Shown piece by piece: positions 6,854-15,315 of a stretch of 26,269 nt of DNA. The notes below the pieces were generated by a model that saw nothing but the letters and a program-made list of their open reading frames with translations, was not told the DNA's origin and made no database searches. How positions within the stretch are numbered: the stretch's first letter is position 1; each line of letters begins with the position of its first letter. Source of the DNA: a virus (taxonomy: Duplodnaviria > Caudoviricetes); the IMG/VR virus record IMGVR_UViG_3300011335_000505, positions 1 through 26,269 of that record. One strand, given 5' to 3'. The translations under genes and the position numbers were made by a program.

Positions 6854-7487
6854 TTATAGTGTTATTTGAATGTTTGAAAATGATAAATATTGACGGCAAA
6901 TATTAGCAGTTAGTAATCTATTTTCTTGCATAGCAGCATAAGCAGCAGTAGCAGCAGTAGCAGCAGCAGCAGCAGCAGTAGCAGCATCAGCAGCATCAGC
7001 AGCAGCAGCAGCAGCAGCATCAGCAGCATAAGCAGCAGTAGCAGCAGCAGCATCAGCAGTAGCAGCATCAGCAGCAGCAGCAGCGGCAGCAGCAGCATCA
7101 GCAGTAGCAGCATCAGCAGCAGCAGCATGCAGCAGCAGCATCAGCAGTAGCAGCATCAGCAGCAGCAGCATAAGCATTTAATTCAATTATACTTATTCTA
7201 CCTTCACCAAAACTAATTGCAGCATCTACTGCGTTTATACTTCTTTCATCTTTCATTAAATGCCTTGCCGTATTTGAACAGCGACCTTTCGCTAATGTTA
7301 GCATTTGTAAATTTTCAGGATCTATTTTTTTAAATAGCCATAATAACCAATCCCCTCTATAACATTGCTCAATTACTTCATTAGCCGTTTTATTTTTAGC
7401 CCATCCAATCGCTTCATTACAAGCATTTTTTTTAATTAATAACTGCATAAATTCGCTAGCAGTTAAATCTTTAAATAGTTTTGTCAT
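6854..7487 (-). pseudogene. Helical protein with long Ala-rich repeat (Imm5-like N-terminus, tentative), frameshifted by a 43-bp duplication
   Basis: ORF 7113..7487 runs into AYAAAADAATADAAA and the same Ala frame continues in 6854..7177. Deleting one 43-bp copy gives one 196-aa ORF ending MQENRLLTANICRQYLSFSNIQITL. Confidence 0.8.
6931..7176. repeat. Degenerate trinucleotide repeat (GCA)n, about 245 bp
   Basis: Minus-strand codons are almost all GCT, interspersed with GAT, ACT and TAT; contains an exact tandem duplication 7086-7128 / 7129-7171. Confidence 0.95.
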
Positions 7488-7491
7488 TTGT

Positions 7492-8331
7492 TTAAATTTT
7501 AGCGTTTTTAATTAATTGTATTCTTTCGGTTTGTTCGGGAGTTAAAGCAAAAGCCTCGATAGCCTCGATAGTTGTTTTACCAGCGTGAAATGCAGTAATA
7601 GCAGCATTAAATCTATCATCAGTTAAAATAGTCTTAATATTCTTAATAGGTGGTTCGCCTTGTTCACACCACTCTTTTATAATTAGTCCAGTATCTTCAG
7701 TAATAGTAAATATTGGCTTATCCATAAATAAACCTGTTCTGTCTTTTGATGCAGTACAATTATGCTTTTCGTCAAGGTTGAAATTAACAGTTAATTCATA
7801 CTCAAAACCTTCTCTAGTAACTTCTTTTAATCCAGCTTTTTCAACCTTTGTTTTTGTTCCGTCTTTAATCATTTCATATTCAGTCTTACGACGAACAGTA
7901 GTAACAACGTGGCATTTACTTTGAAGTATTGCATCAATAAACTTTTGATGTCTAGGTGTAATGCTAGACCAATTAGTAAAACTATTACCAGTCATACTAC
8001 TATGTATTTCTAAAATGCCACCTTTGCCATCCCATTCGTGAGTAATGCTATCAATAATAATACACTCCATTCCAGCATCTTCACACGTTTTAATCGCTTG
8101 TATGTAGCGTTCAGGGGTGTATGGTGCTGATAATTCTAATGTGCTAAACTCGCCTAAATGACTGTAAAGACTAGCACTATTATTTTCTGTGTCAATTACT
8201 GCTATTTTATCATAGCTACCTACTAATCCTTTTGCTAGTAATAGAGCTGAATAAGTTTTGCCTCCTCCGCTTACAGCACTCAATCCTAATCTTAATTTTA
8301 CTTGTTGCCTTGTGGCTTTTTTTAATTGCAT
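7492..8331 (-). CDS. AAA_24 family ATPase, Sak4-like ssDNA-annealing recombinase
   Basis: Walker A SAVSGGGKT, IAVIDTE, Walker B IIIDSITHEW, REGFEYE and ASKDRT; same operon as the SSB. Confidence 0.85.
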   Translation of the reverse strand: MQLKKATRQQVKLRLGLSAVSGGGKTYSALLLAKGLVGSYDKIAVIDTENNSASLYSHLGEFSTLELSAPYTPERYIQAIKTCEDAGMECIIIDSITHEWDGKGGILEIHSSMTGNSFTNWSSITPRHQKFIDAILQSKCHVVTTVRRKTEYEMIKDGTKTKVEKAGLKEVTREGFEYELTVNFNLDEKHNCTASKDRTGLFMDKPIFTITEDTGLIIKEWCEQGEPPIKNIKTILTDDRFNAAITAFHAGKTTIEAIEAFALTPEQTERIQLIKNAKI

Positions 8332-8336
8332 TTTGT

Positions 8337-8534
8337 TTAATTATTTGGGTTTAATAAATTATAATGATAAACTTCTAAGTTGCTACTACACACATCTTGA
8401 TTATAACTCGGTGCAGTTCTAGCACGTTTTTGTTTTATAGGCTCTTGCTTAGGTTGCCATTTCTTTTGCTCAATCTCTAACTGAATAGACATTGCAGTTG
8501 GTTCGTTAGAGCAAAGGTTGTTATCTACTTGCAT
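8337..8534 (-). CDS. Hypothetical protein (65 aa)
   Basis: In-operon ORF ending 5 nt before the ATPase start. Confidence 0.65.
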   Translation of the reverse strand: MQVDNNLCSNEPTAMSIQLEIEQKKWQPKQEPIKQKRARTAPSYNQDVCSSNLEVYHYNLLNPNN

Positions 8535-8602
8535 ATATTGTCTTGAATGTAACCGGCTATTGCCAGTAAGATTAATAAATAAATTATTGTTTTTAGTTTC
8601 AT
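8525..8602 (-). CDS. Small hydrophobic peptide (25 aa); missing from the ORF track
   Basis: MKLKTIIYLLILLAIAGYIQDNICK; first ATG after the promoter at 8622-8629. Confidence 0.6.
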   Translation of the reverse strand: MKLKTIIYLLILLAIAGYIQDNICK

Positions 8603-8621
8603 AATTTTAACATTTGAACCA

Positions 8622-8629
8622 CAAAAATA
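8622..8629 (-). promoter_or_regulatory. -7 box of the main leftward early promoter
   Basis: TATTTTTG on the minus strand, 19 nt upstream of the ATG at 8602. Confidence 0.65.
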
Positions 8630-8659
8630 TAAGTATATTTGATATTATATAAAACAATT

Positions 8660-8681
8660 TACGCAATCGTTGCCAATGCGT
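8660..8681. promoter_or_regulatory. LacI/PurR-type operator-like site, copy 2
   Basis: TACGCAATCGTTGCCAATGCGT; same offset from its -7 box as copy 1. Confidence 0.55.
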
Positions 8682-8698
8682 TTTAATTACTTTATTTG

Positions 8699-8845
8699 TT
8701 AATTTAAGATAGTGCATAATATTCGTTCCCTTACTGCAACTGTTAAACTCTTAAACTTCTTTAATATTTCTTTTTTCTCACTATCGGTAAGATAAGCAGC
8801 TACTAATTTTACTTTGTCTTTGTCTTGTTTTTTCGGACGTGCCAT
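8699..8845 (-). CDS. Small ribbon-helix-helix-like transcription regulator (48 aa); missing from the ORF track
   Basis: MARPKKQDKDKVKLVAAYLTDSEKKEILKKFKSLTVAVRERILCTILN: ARPKK arm, alternating beta strand, LT-x-x-E helix cap and second helix; sits at the strand divergence. Confidence 0.7.
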   Translation of the reverse strand: MARPKKQDKDKVKLVAAYLTDSEKKEILKKFKSLTVAVRERILCTILN

Positions 8846-8859
8846 ATAAATAATTTTTG

Positions 8860-8921
8860 CAAATATAATATTTTATAAAATATAAAAATATTTTTTTTAT
8901 TAAAACAAATTACCATCTTTG
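8860..8921. promoter_or_regulatory. Divergent promoter pair with palindromic operator candidate
   Basis: TATATTTG on minus (8867-8860), CATCTTTG on plus (8914-8921), perfect palindrome ATATTTTATAAAATAT (8868-8883). Confidence 0.6.
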
Positions 8922-8945
8922 CAATTCAACAAAAATTTTAAAACA

Positions 8946-9146
8946 ATGACAAATGAAAAAAATCAGTCGCCTACTTGGTGCGATATGATACAACAAGAAC
9001 GCTATCAGTTACTCGGTGAGTTAATTGATGCAATGATTTACTCACCAGATGCAGTTATTGAAGTGCAACAGCTAGTTAAATCGTTCAAAGAAAGAAGTAT
9101 GGTAAAAAGTATTATTAACCCTAAAAATGAAAACAATGGAATATAA
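8946..9146 (+). CDS. Hypothetical protein (66 aa)
   Basis: ATG at 8946 after AAAACA preferred; the track's TTG at 8919 lies inside the promoter box. Confidence 0.7.
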   Translation: MTNEKNQSPTWCDMIQQERYQLLGELIDAMIYSPDAVIEVQQLVKSFKERSMVKSIINPKNENNGI

Positions 9147-11292
9147 TGAATTTTTGAAAACAAAACAAAAGGCACATATTGAAAGTGGATTTGAGCCTAC
9201 ACAATTAAATAAAAAATTATTTCCATTTCAAGAGTTTATTGTTAGACGTGCTTTAAAAGCTGGCAAGTATGCAATATTTGCAGATTGTGGACTCGGTAAA
9301 ACATTAATGCAGCTTAGTTGGGCAGAACAAGTATCAATTCATACAAATAAACCTGTATTAGTTTTAGCCCCTTTGGCAGTAGTGCAGCAAACAAAACAAG
9401 AGGCTGTTAAATTTGGAATTAACATTGATTGTATTGATGCTGATAATTATGAGCAAATAGATAATATTGATTGTTCAAAATATAGCGGAGTAGTACTTGA
9501 TGAAAGTAGTATTTTAAAAAACTTTGAAGGTGCTACTAAAAAACTAATAATTGATAACTTCGCTAATACTCCTTACAAATTAGCTTGTACTGCTACACCA
9601 TCACCAAACGACCCAATGGAGTTGGGCAACCATTCTGAATTTTTAGATGTTATGAGCCGAAATGAAATGCTTGCAATGTATTTTGTTCACGATGGCGGAG
9701 AAACTGCTAAATGGAGATTGAAAGGACACGCTACAAAACTATTCTATCAATTTATAGGAACGTGGGCCATAATGTTAAATAAGCCTATGGATATTGGTTT
9801 TGAAATGATTGGTTATGATTTGCCAAAACTTAACTTAATTGAAAAATTAATAGTAACTCCAAATAGAGATAATGGGCAATTATTTAATGATGCTATCATT
9901 TCAGCAACAAATTTCAACTCTGAACTTAGACAAACTAAAAAAGAAAGATTAGATGAAGTTGTTAAGATAGTAAATGAAAAGCCTAATGAAAACTTTATAA
10001 TTTGGATAAAGCAAAATGAGGAAGGTGAAATGTTGAAAAAATTAATACCTGAAGCTATTGAAGTTAAAGGTAGTGATAGCAACGAATGGAAAAAAGATAA
10101 ATTACTAGGATTTGGAAATAATGAATTTAGAATATTAATTACTAAAACAAAGATTGCAAGTTTTGGGATGAATTATCAAAATTGCAGAAATCAAATATTT
10201 GCATCTTTAGATTTTAGCTTTGAGGGTTTATATCAAGCCATCCGTAGGAGTTATAGATTTGGGCAAAAAAACGAAGTAAACATTTATTTAATAACAACTG
10301 ATACAATGGCTAATGTTAAACAAGCTATTGATACAAAACAAAAACAATTTGAAATTATGCAAGATGAAATGAGTAAAGCTATTAATGCTAATTTAAATAA
10401 CCAAACAATGACTACTGCAAGTTATAATATTGAAAGTGAAATAAATGAATATTATGAAATTAAAAGAGGTGATTGTGTAAACCTAATAAAAGATGTTCCG
10501 AATGAAAGTATAGGTTTAAGTGTTTTTAGTCCGCCATTTGCTGAACTATACACTTATTCAAGTCATATAGAAGATATGGGTAACAGCAAAAATTATAATG
10601 AGTTTTTAACACAGTTTAGTTTTTTGATAAAAGAACTTTATAGAGTTATGATGCAAGGAAGAAATGTTGCTGTACATTGTATGGATTTGCCAATACAAAA
10701 AGGTAAACACGGTTATATTGGTTTGCGTGATTTTAGCGGATTGCTTTTAAAAGCTTTTGAAGATGCTGGTTTTTATTATGCTAGTAGAATTACAATTTGG
10801 AAAGACCCTGTTGTTGAAATGCAAAGAACAAAGGCATTAGGATTGTTACATAAGCAAGTAAAAAAAGATAGTACAATGTCAAGAGTTGGAATACCTGATT
10901 ATGTAATGATATTTAGAAAAGATGGCGAACGCAGCAACCCTGTAACTAATACTGATTTGCCTGTTGATTTATGGCAAAAATACGCATCTCCTGTTTGGAT
11001 GGATGTTGATTATGGTAATACTCTACAAGGTTATAGAAATGGCAGAGATGCAAATGATGAAAAGCATATATGTCCTTTGCAATTAGATACTATTGAAAGA
11101 TTAATACATCTTTATTCAAATAAAGGAGATACAGTATTTACACCATTTATGGGTATTGGTAGTGAAGTTTTTCAAGCTGTTAAAATGAAACGCAAAGGAA
11201 TCGGTTTTGAATTAAAAGAAAGCTATTTTGATTTAGCTAAAAAGAATATCGTAATGGCAGTTGAAACTAATAAACAAACAACTTTATTCTAA
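9127..11292 (+). CDS. SNF2-like helicase fused to beta-class N4-C/N6-A DNA methyltransferase
   Basis: Helicase motifs ADCGLGKT, LDESS, TATPSPND and QAIRRSYRFGQ; methyltransferase catalytic SPPF precedes SAM-binding PFMGIGS and GIGFELK. Confidence 0.9.
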   Translation: MKTMEYNEFLKTKQKAHIESGFEPTQLNKKLFPFQEFIVRRALKAGKYAIFADCGLGKTLMQLSWAEQVSIHTNKPVLVLAPLAVVQQTKQEAVKFGINIDCIDADNYEQIDNIDCSKYSGVVLDESSILKNFEGATKKLIIDNFANTPYKLACTATPSPNDPMELGNHSEFLDVMSRNEMLAMYFVHDGGETAKWRLKGHATKLFYQFIGTWAIMLNKPMDIGFEMIGYDLPKLNLIEKLIVTPNRDNGQLFNDAIISATNFNSELRQTKKERLDEVVKIVNEKPNENFIIWIKQNEEGEMLKKLIPEAIEVKGSDSNEWKKDKLLGFGNNEFRILITKTKIASFGMNYQNCRNQIFASLDFSFEGLYQAIRRSYRFGQKNEVNIYLITTDTMANVKQAIDTKQKQFEIMQDEMSKAINANLNNQTMTTASYNIESEINEYYEIKRGDCVNLIKDVPNESIGLSVFSPPFAELYTYSSHIEDMGNSKNYNEFLTQFSFLIKELYRVMMQGRNVAVHCMDLPIQKGKHGYIGLRDFSGLLLKAFEDAGFYYASRITIWKDPVVEMQRTKALGLLHKQVKKDSTMSRVGIPDYVMIFRKDGERSNPVTNTDLPVDLWQKYASPVWMDVDYGNTLQGYRNGRDANDEKHICPLQLDTIERLIHLYSNKGDTVFTPFMGIGSEVFQAVKMKRKGIGFELKESYFDLAKKNIVMAVETNKQTTLF

Positions 11293-11309
11293 TGAACTGG
11301 AAAAAACTA

Positions 11310-11317
11310 TATATTTG
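11310..11317 (+). promoter_or_regulatory. -7 box of the helicase-primase operon promoter
   Basis: TATATTTG followed by CA, intergenic. Confidence 0.7.
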
Positions 11318-11320
11318 CAT

Positions 11321-11436
11321 CGCACAATAGAGGTAAGAGACTATTGTGAATTATAAAAATATTTACCATGTAGGCTGTCCGATTTTAGCAATAGTGCTAT
11401 TTTCTTTCTTACACAGCCTACCGTGGTTTTTTATTT
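11321..11436 (+). ncRNA. Structured 5' leader or attenuator candidate
   Basis: Hairpin CACAATAG/CTATTGTG; long hairpin ACCATGTAGGCTGT/ACAGCCTACCGTGGT followed by a T-run directly before the ATG; loop-loop complementarity between them. Confidence 0.55.
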
Positions 11437-12876
11437 ATGGAACTTAGACCATACCAAAATGACTTTATAACCAATATTAGACGTACACTTCAACACTCTA
11501 AAAAAATAATAGCTTGTAGCCCAACAGGCTCAGGTAAAACAGTTGTATTCTCTAAAATAATTGAAGACGCTCATAAAAAAAAATTTACTACATTAGTAAT
11601 TACTGAAAGTAGAAAAATATTTAAACAAATTACTGAAAAGGTTAATGGAATTGAAATAAACGCTGGCTGCATAATTGATATAATTGATGACGGAAAAGTG
11701 TATATTGCAATGGCTCAAACACTTGGAGCAAAAAAAAGACAACACCTAATTTGCCAATTTGCTAAAAAACAATTATTAGTTATTGTTGATGAAGCACACA
11801 TAGCAACCCCTACAAAAATACTGCTACAATTAAATAATGCCTATATAATTGGCTTTACTGCAACTCCTGATTATAGAGTTGCGAAACATTTGCCTATTAT
11901 TTACAACAGCATAGCTATTGGAATGCAACCAGCGAAGTTAGTAGAAATGGGTTTTTTAGCTAAATATAGACACTTTGAACGCAAAGCTATTAACCAATCT
12001 TTGCTTACTCAAAAAGGTGGTGAATTTACTGAAGATAGCCAATATGCAGAATTTGTAAAACCAAAAGTATTTGATGGATTATTTGAAGATCTAAAAGAAC
12101 ACAATTTTAAAAAAGCTATAATCTTTTGCAGTAGTATAAAACATTGTAAAATGCTGGTGCAACAACTTAGAAATATGAATTTTAAAGTTGCCGAAGTACA
12201 TAGTGAAAACCCAAACGAACACTTTGAAAGGATGCAATTTGAAACAAATGATACTGATATTTGTTGCAGCGTTGGCATTTTAACAAAAGGTTATGACTAC
12301 CCACCTATCGACCTTGTAATTTTACAACGTGCAACTACTTCACTTGCTTTATTTTTACAAATGGTTGGGCGTGGTTCTCGAATATTTGAGGGTAAAGAAT
12401 TTTTTAAAGTTCTCGATTATGGTGGTAACGCAACAAGATTAGGATTGTGGGATTTTGATTATGATTGGGGTACAATGTGGCTCGAACAAAAAAAGAAAAA
12501 AAAAGGAATAGCTGCCGTTAAAGAGTGCCCTAAATGTGGATTGTTACTTGCCTTAAATACTAAAATTTGCACAGAATGTGGTTATGAATTTAAACAAAAA
12601 AAGAAAAAAGAAGAAGAAGAACAAGAAACTATTTTAGTGGAATTAACAAAAAGTGTTAAATACTATAAAGATAATGGTGGCAAAGTTCACGCCTCACTTT
12701 ATACTGCTATATCTACATTGCTATCAAAAAATAAAAAATCCTCTTTTGAACAAATACAAATTCTTTTTGCCCCAATTTTGGCATCTTTTCAAAAATCAAT
12801 AGGGCGAATAAATACTGCTAATAATAAACAATTTTGGAATAACGAATTAAAAAAGAAATATGAATCTACTATCTAA
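11437..12876 (+). CDS. SF2 DEAH helicase, RadD/YejH-like, with C-terminal zinc ribbon
   Basis: SPTGSGKT, IVDEAH, GFTATP, LTKGYDYPPID, QMVGRGSR and CPKC-x10-CTEC. Confidence 0.92.
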   Translation: MELRPYQNDFITNIRRTLQHSKKIIACSPTGSGKTVVFSKIIEDAHKKKFTTLVITESRKIFKQITEKVNGIEINAGCIIDIIDDGKVYIAMAQTLGAKKRQHLICQFAKKQLLVIVDEAHIATPTKILLQLNNAYIIGFTATPDYRVAKHLPIIYNSIAIGMQPAKLVEMGFLAKYRHFERKAINQSLLTQKGGEFTEDSQYAEFVKPKVFDGLFEDLKEHNFKKAIIFCSSIKHCKMLVQQLRNMNFKVAEVHSENPNEHFERMQFETNDTDICCSVGILTKGYDYPPIDLVILQRATTSLALFLQMVGRGSRIFEGKEFFKVLDYGGNATRLGLWDFDYDWGTMWLEQKKKKKGIAAVKECPKCGLLLALNTKICTECGYEFKQKKKKEEEEQETILVELTKSVKYYKDNGGKVHASLYTAISTLLSKNKKSSFEQIQILFAPILASFQKSIGRINTANNKQFWNNELKKKYESTI

Positions 12877-15310
12877 TACTTGGTTACAAGTTAAAGAAAT
12901 GCTATCTCAAGGAGTTTCAATAATCCCTATTAGAGACAAGCCTCAAATCTATAATAAGCGTGAATACGCTGCTAAAACACCTTATGGGCTTTGGAAAAAA
13001 TACCAGCAAGAAATAATAACAGAAGCATCACTATTTTATTTAATGACTGAAAAATATGACACCAATGCTATTGGTATCGTTGGTGGCAAAATTAGTGGCA
13101 ACCTAGAAATAATTGATATTGATGTAAAAAACTGGCAAGGAATCGATGCTAAACTTTTTACCGATATTAAAAGTTTTTTCCCCAACATTTTTGACAAACT
13201 ACGAATACACCAAACACCCTCGAAAGGTTTCCACATCCTTTATAAAATTTCAGACCACGAAGTTCCAGGCAATTTAAAACTTGCTTATAAAGATGAAGCA
13301 AAAGAAGCTGCCATTGAAACAAGGGGAGAGGGTGGTTATGTTGCAGCACCTCCTGCCATTGGTTACAAGGTTGTAAAAAATAATCCAATACCTACAATAA
13401 CTTGGAACGAACGATGTAGCCTTATTTCCCTTTGTGAAAGTTATAATGAAAGGCGTAAAATAGTAACACTTGCTCCTACTGCTTCATCTAATAATTTTTA
13501 TGATGAAAACCCTTTTGAAGATTTTAACAATTCCCCTGCTGCTGAAAGTGTTTTAACTAACAATGGATGGAAAGTTGAGGGTTCTAATAGTAATTTTATT
13601 TGGTTTTGCCGTCCTGAAAAAAACAAAGGAATTTCAGCTTCATTCAATAGAGTTAAAAGGGTTTACTATATTTTTACTTCATCTACTATTTTTGAACCAT
13701 CTAAGGGATACAACCCTGCTTCAGCACTTGCTTTAATACAATTCAACAACGATAAAAAGAAAACATATAGCTGGTTAATTGATAATGGATACGGAAAAAT
13801 AAACGCAAAAAAAGAAACTGAAAAGGCGAAAATATTAGCTAAGTCTAAAATTGAACTTCCAAAAAACTTTTCAAAAGAAGCCGTTGAAATTTATAAAACA
13901 CAAATTGAAACTGAAAACGAATTACACCCTTTTGGAATTTTTTGGGAATATAATGACAAAGAAAAAAAGATAGGTATTGAAATAGAAGCTCTTTACCAAA
14001 TATCTTATGGGTTAGGGTTTCGTTATTACAATGGTAATGTCGTTAGAATTATTGATTGGGTTATTTATAAAGTTTCTGAGCGTGAGTTTCAAGACACCGT
14101 AAAAGCATACATAAAGGATGAAGATATTAAAATATTAAACGCCTATGAAAACTTTATGCACCAGCATACAAAGTATGTTATGAAGCGTATTCCATTGCTT
14201 GATAAAAACGAAATTTTAACCGATGATGCAAACACTTGTTACAAATTTTTTAACAATGGTTTTTTAAAAATAACAAAAGAAAAAATTGAATTTAATGAAT
14301 ACGCAAATTTCAATTATAAAGTATTTGAGGAACGAATACAAAAAAGAGACTATAATGAGTTTATAGGGGGTAAATACATTGAATATTTAAAATTGGCAAT
14401 AAGTAATAACATAGATTATGTTAGTACAATTATGGGATTCCTAAGCCACGAATGGAAAGATGAAACAACTGGTTATATTATAGTTTTAAGTGAAGTGTGT
14501 AAAAACCCTGAAGATGGTGGTGGTAGTGGTAAGAATATTTTTTGCAACCTATTAAAACAATGTACTACATACACCTCTAAAAGTGGTGTTCAAGCGAAGT
14601 TTGATGAAAAGTTTTTTCAATCTTGGAACGGTCAAAAGATAATGGGTATATCGGACGTGCCTAAAAACTTTGATTATTCTTTTCTTAAAGAAGCATCTAC
14701 TGGAACATTCATTTTAAAGAAACTATTTAAAGATGAAGTTGAAGTAGATGTTAAAGATGCTCCTAAATTCATTATTCAAACTAACTACTCTTATGATAGT
14801 GTGGATGGTGGGTTAAAACGCAGAATAGTACCTATTGAATTTACAGATTTCTTTACCAAATGTGGTGGCATTGATGTTCATTTTGGATGCCATTTCCCAT
14901 TAGGTTGGGATAGCAACGATTGGGGTGGATTCGACACCTACGTTGCTCAATCCGTACAACTATGGCTGAATAGCAATAAAAAAATAGAAGCGTGTAAACT
15001 TACTACTACAGGGTGGGAAAAACAATTTGAACAAAACTTTGGTACAACTATTTACAACTTCATTCGTGAAAACATTGATAATTGGTGCGAACAAGTTGAA
15101 GTTTATAATGATGACTTTAAAAATACTATTGAAAATTATTATAACGAGAACTCAATTCAAAAGCAATTCCAGCCATCTCTAAACAAAATAAATAAAGGTT
15201 TAATGGAATGGTGTAAGAAAAATGAGATAGTTTTTGTTGCAGAAAAGGTAAATAAAATAAATAATATAACAAAAAAATGTAGGCTATTTGGTTCAAAAAC
15301 GCCTTTTTAA
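12860..15310 (+). CDS. Bifunctional primase-polymerase (AEP PrimPol) fused to SF3/D5-like helicase
   Basis: IIDIDVK, TPSKGFHILY and TRGEGGYVAAPP in the N-terminus; Walker A GGGSGKN, IIQTN and LKRRIV in the C-terminus. Confidence 0.9.
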   Translation: MNLLSNTWLQVKEMLSQGVSIIPIRDKPQIYNKREYAAKTPYGLWKKYQQEIITEASLFYLMTEKYDTNAIGIVGGKISGNLEIIDIDVKNWQGIDAKLFTDIKSFFPNIFDKLRIHQTPSKGFHILYKISDHEVPGNLKLAYKDEAKEAAIETRGEGGYVAAPPAIGYKVVKNNPIPTITWNERCSLISLCESYNERRKIVTLAPTASSNNFYDENPFEDFNNSPAAESVLTNNGWKVEGSNSNFIWFCRPEKNKGISASFNRVKRVYYIFTSSTIFEPSKGYNPASALALIQFNNDKKKTYSWLIDNGYGKINAKKETEKAKILAKSKIELPKNFSKEAVEIYKTQIETENELHPFGIFWEYNDKEKKIGIEIEALYQISYGLGFRYYNGNVVRIIDWVIYKVSEREFQDTVKAYIKDEDIKILNAYENFMHQHTKYVMKRIPLLDKNEILTDDANTCYKFFNNGFLKITKEKIEFNEYANFNYKVFEERIQKRDYNEFIGGKYIEYLKLAISNNIDYVSTIMGFLSHEWKDETTGYIIVLSEVCKNPEDGGGSGKNIFCNLLKQCTTYTSKSGVQAKFDEKFFQSWNGQKIMGISDVPKNFDYSFLKEASTGTFILKKLFKDEVEVDVKDAPKFIIQTNYSYDSVDGGLKRRIVPIEFTDFFTKCGGIDVHFGCHFPLGWDSNDWGGFDTYVAQSVQLWLNSNKKIEACKLTTTGWEKQFEQNFGTTIYNFIRENIDNWCEQVEVYNDDFKNTIENYYNENSIQKQFQPSLNKINKGLMEWCKKNEIVFVAEKVNKINNITKKCRLFGSKTPF

Positions 15311-15315
15311 TCATA

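Noticed and set aside
6931-7176. CRISPR array or DGR variable/template repeat
   Set aside because: No unique spacers between constant repeats, no second copy elsewhere in the window and no reverse transcriptase.
6910-7177. Poly-Leu (6910..7128 minus; N-terminus of 6854..7177 minus) and poly-Ser/Gln (6926..7150 plus) ORFs
   Set aside because: Alternative frames of the GCA/GCT repeat. Only the Ala frame connects to ordinary protein sequence on both sides.
8919-8945. TTG start at 8919
   Set aside because: Lies within the CATCTTTG promoter box; ATG 8946 is the better start.
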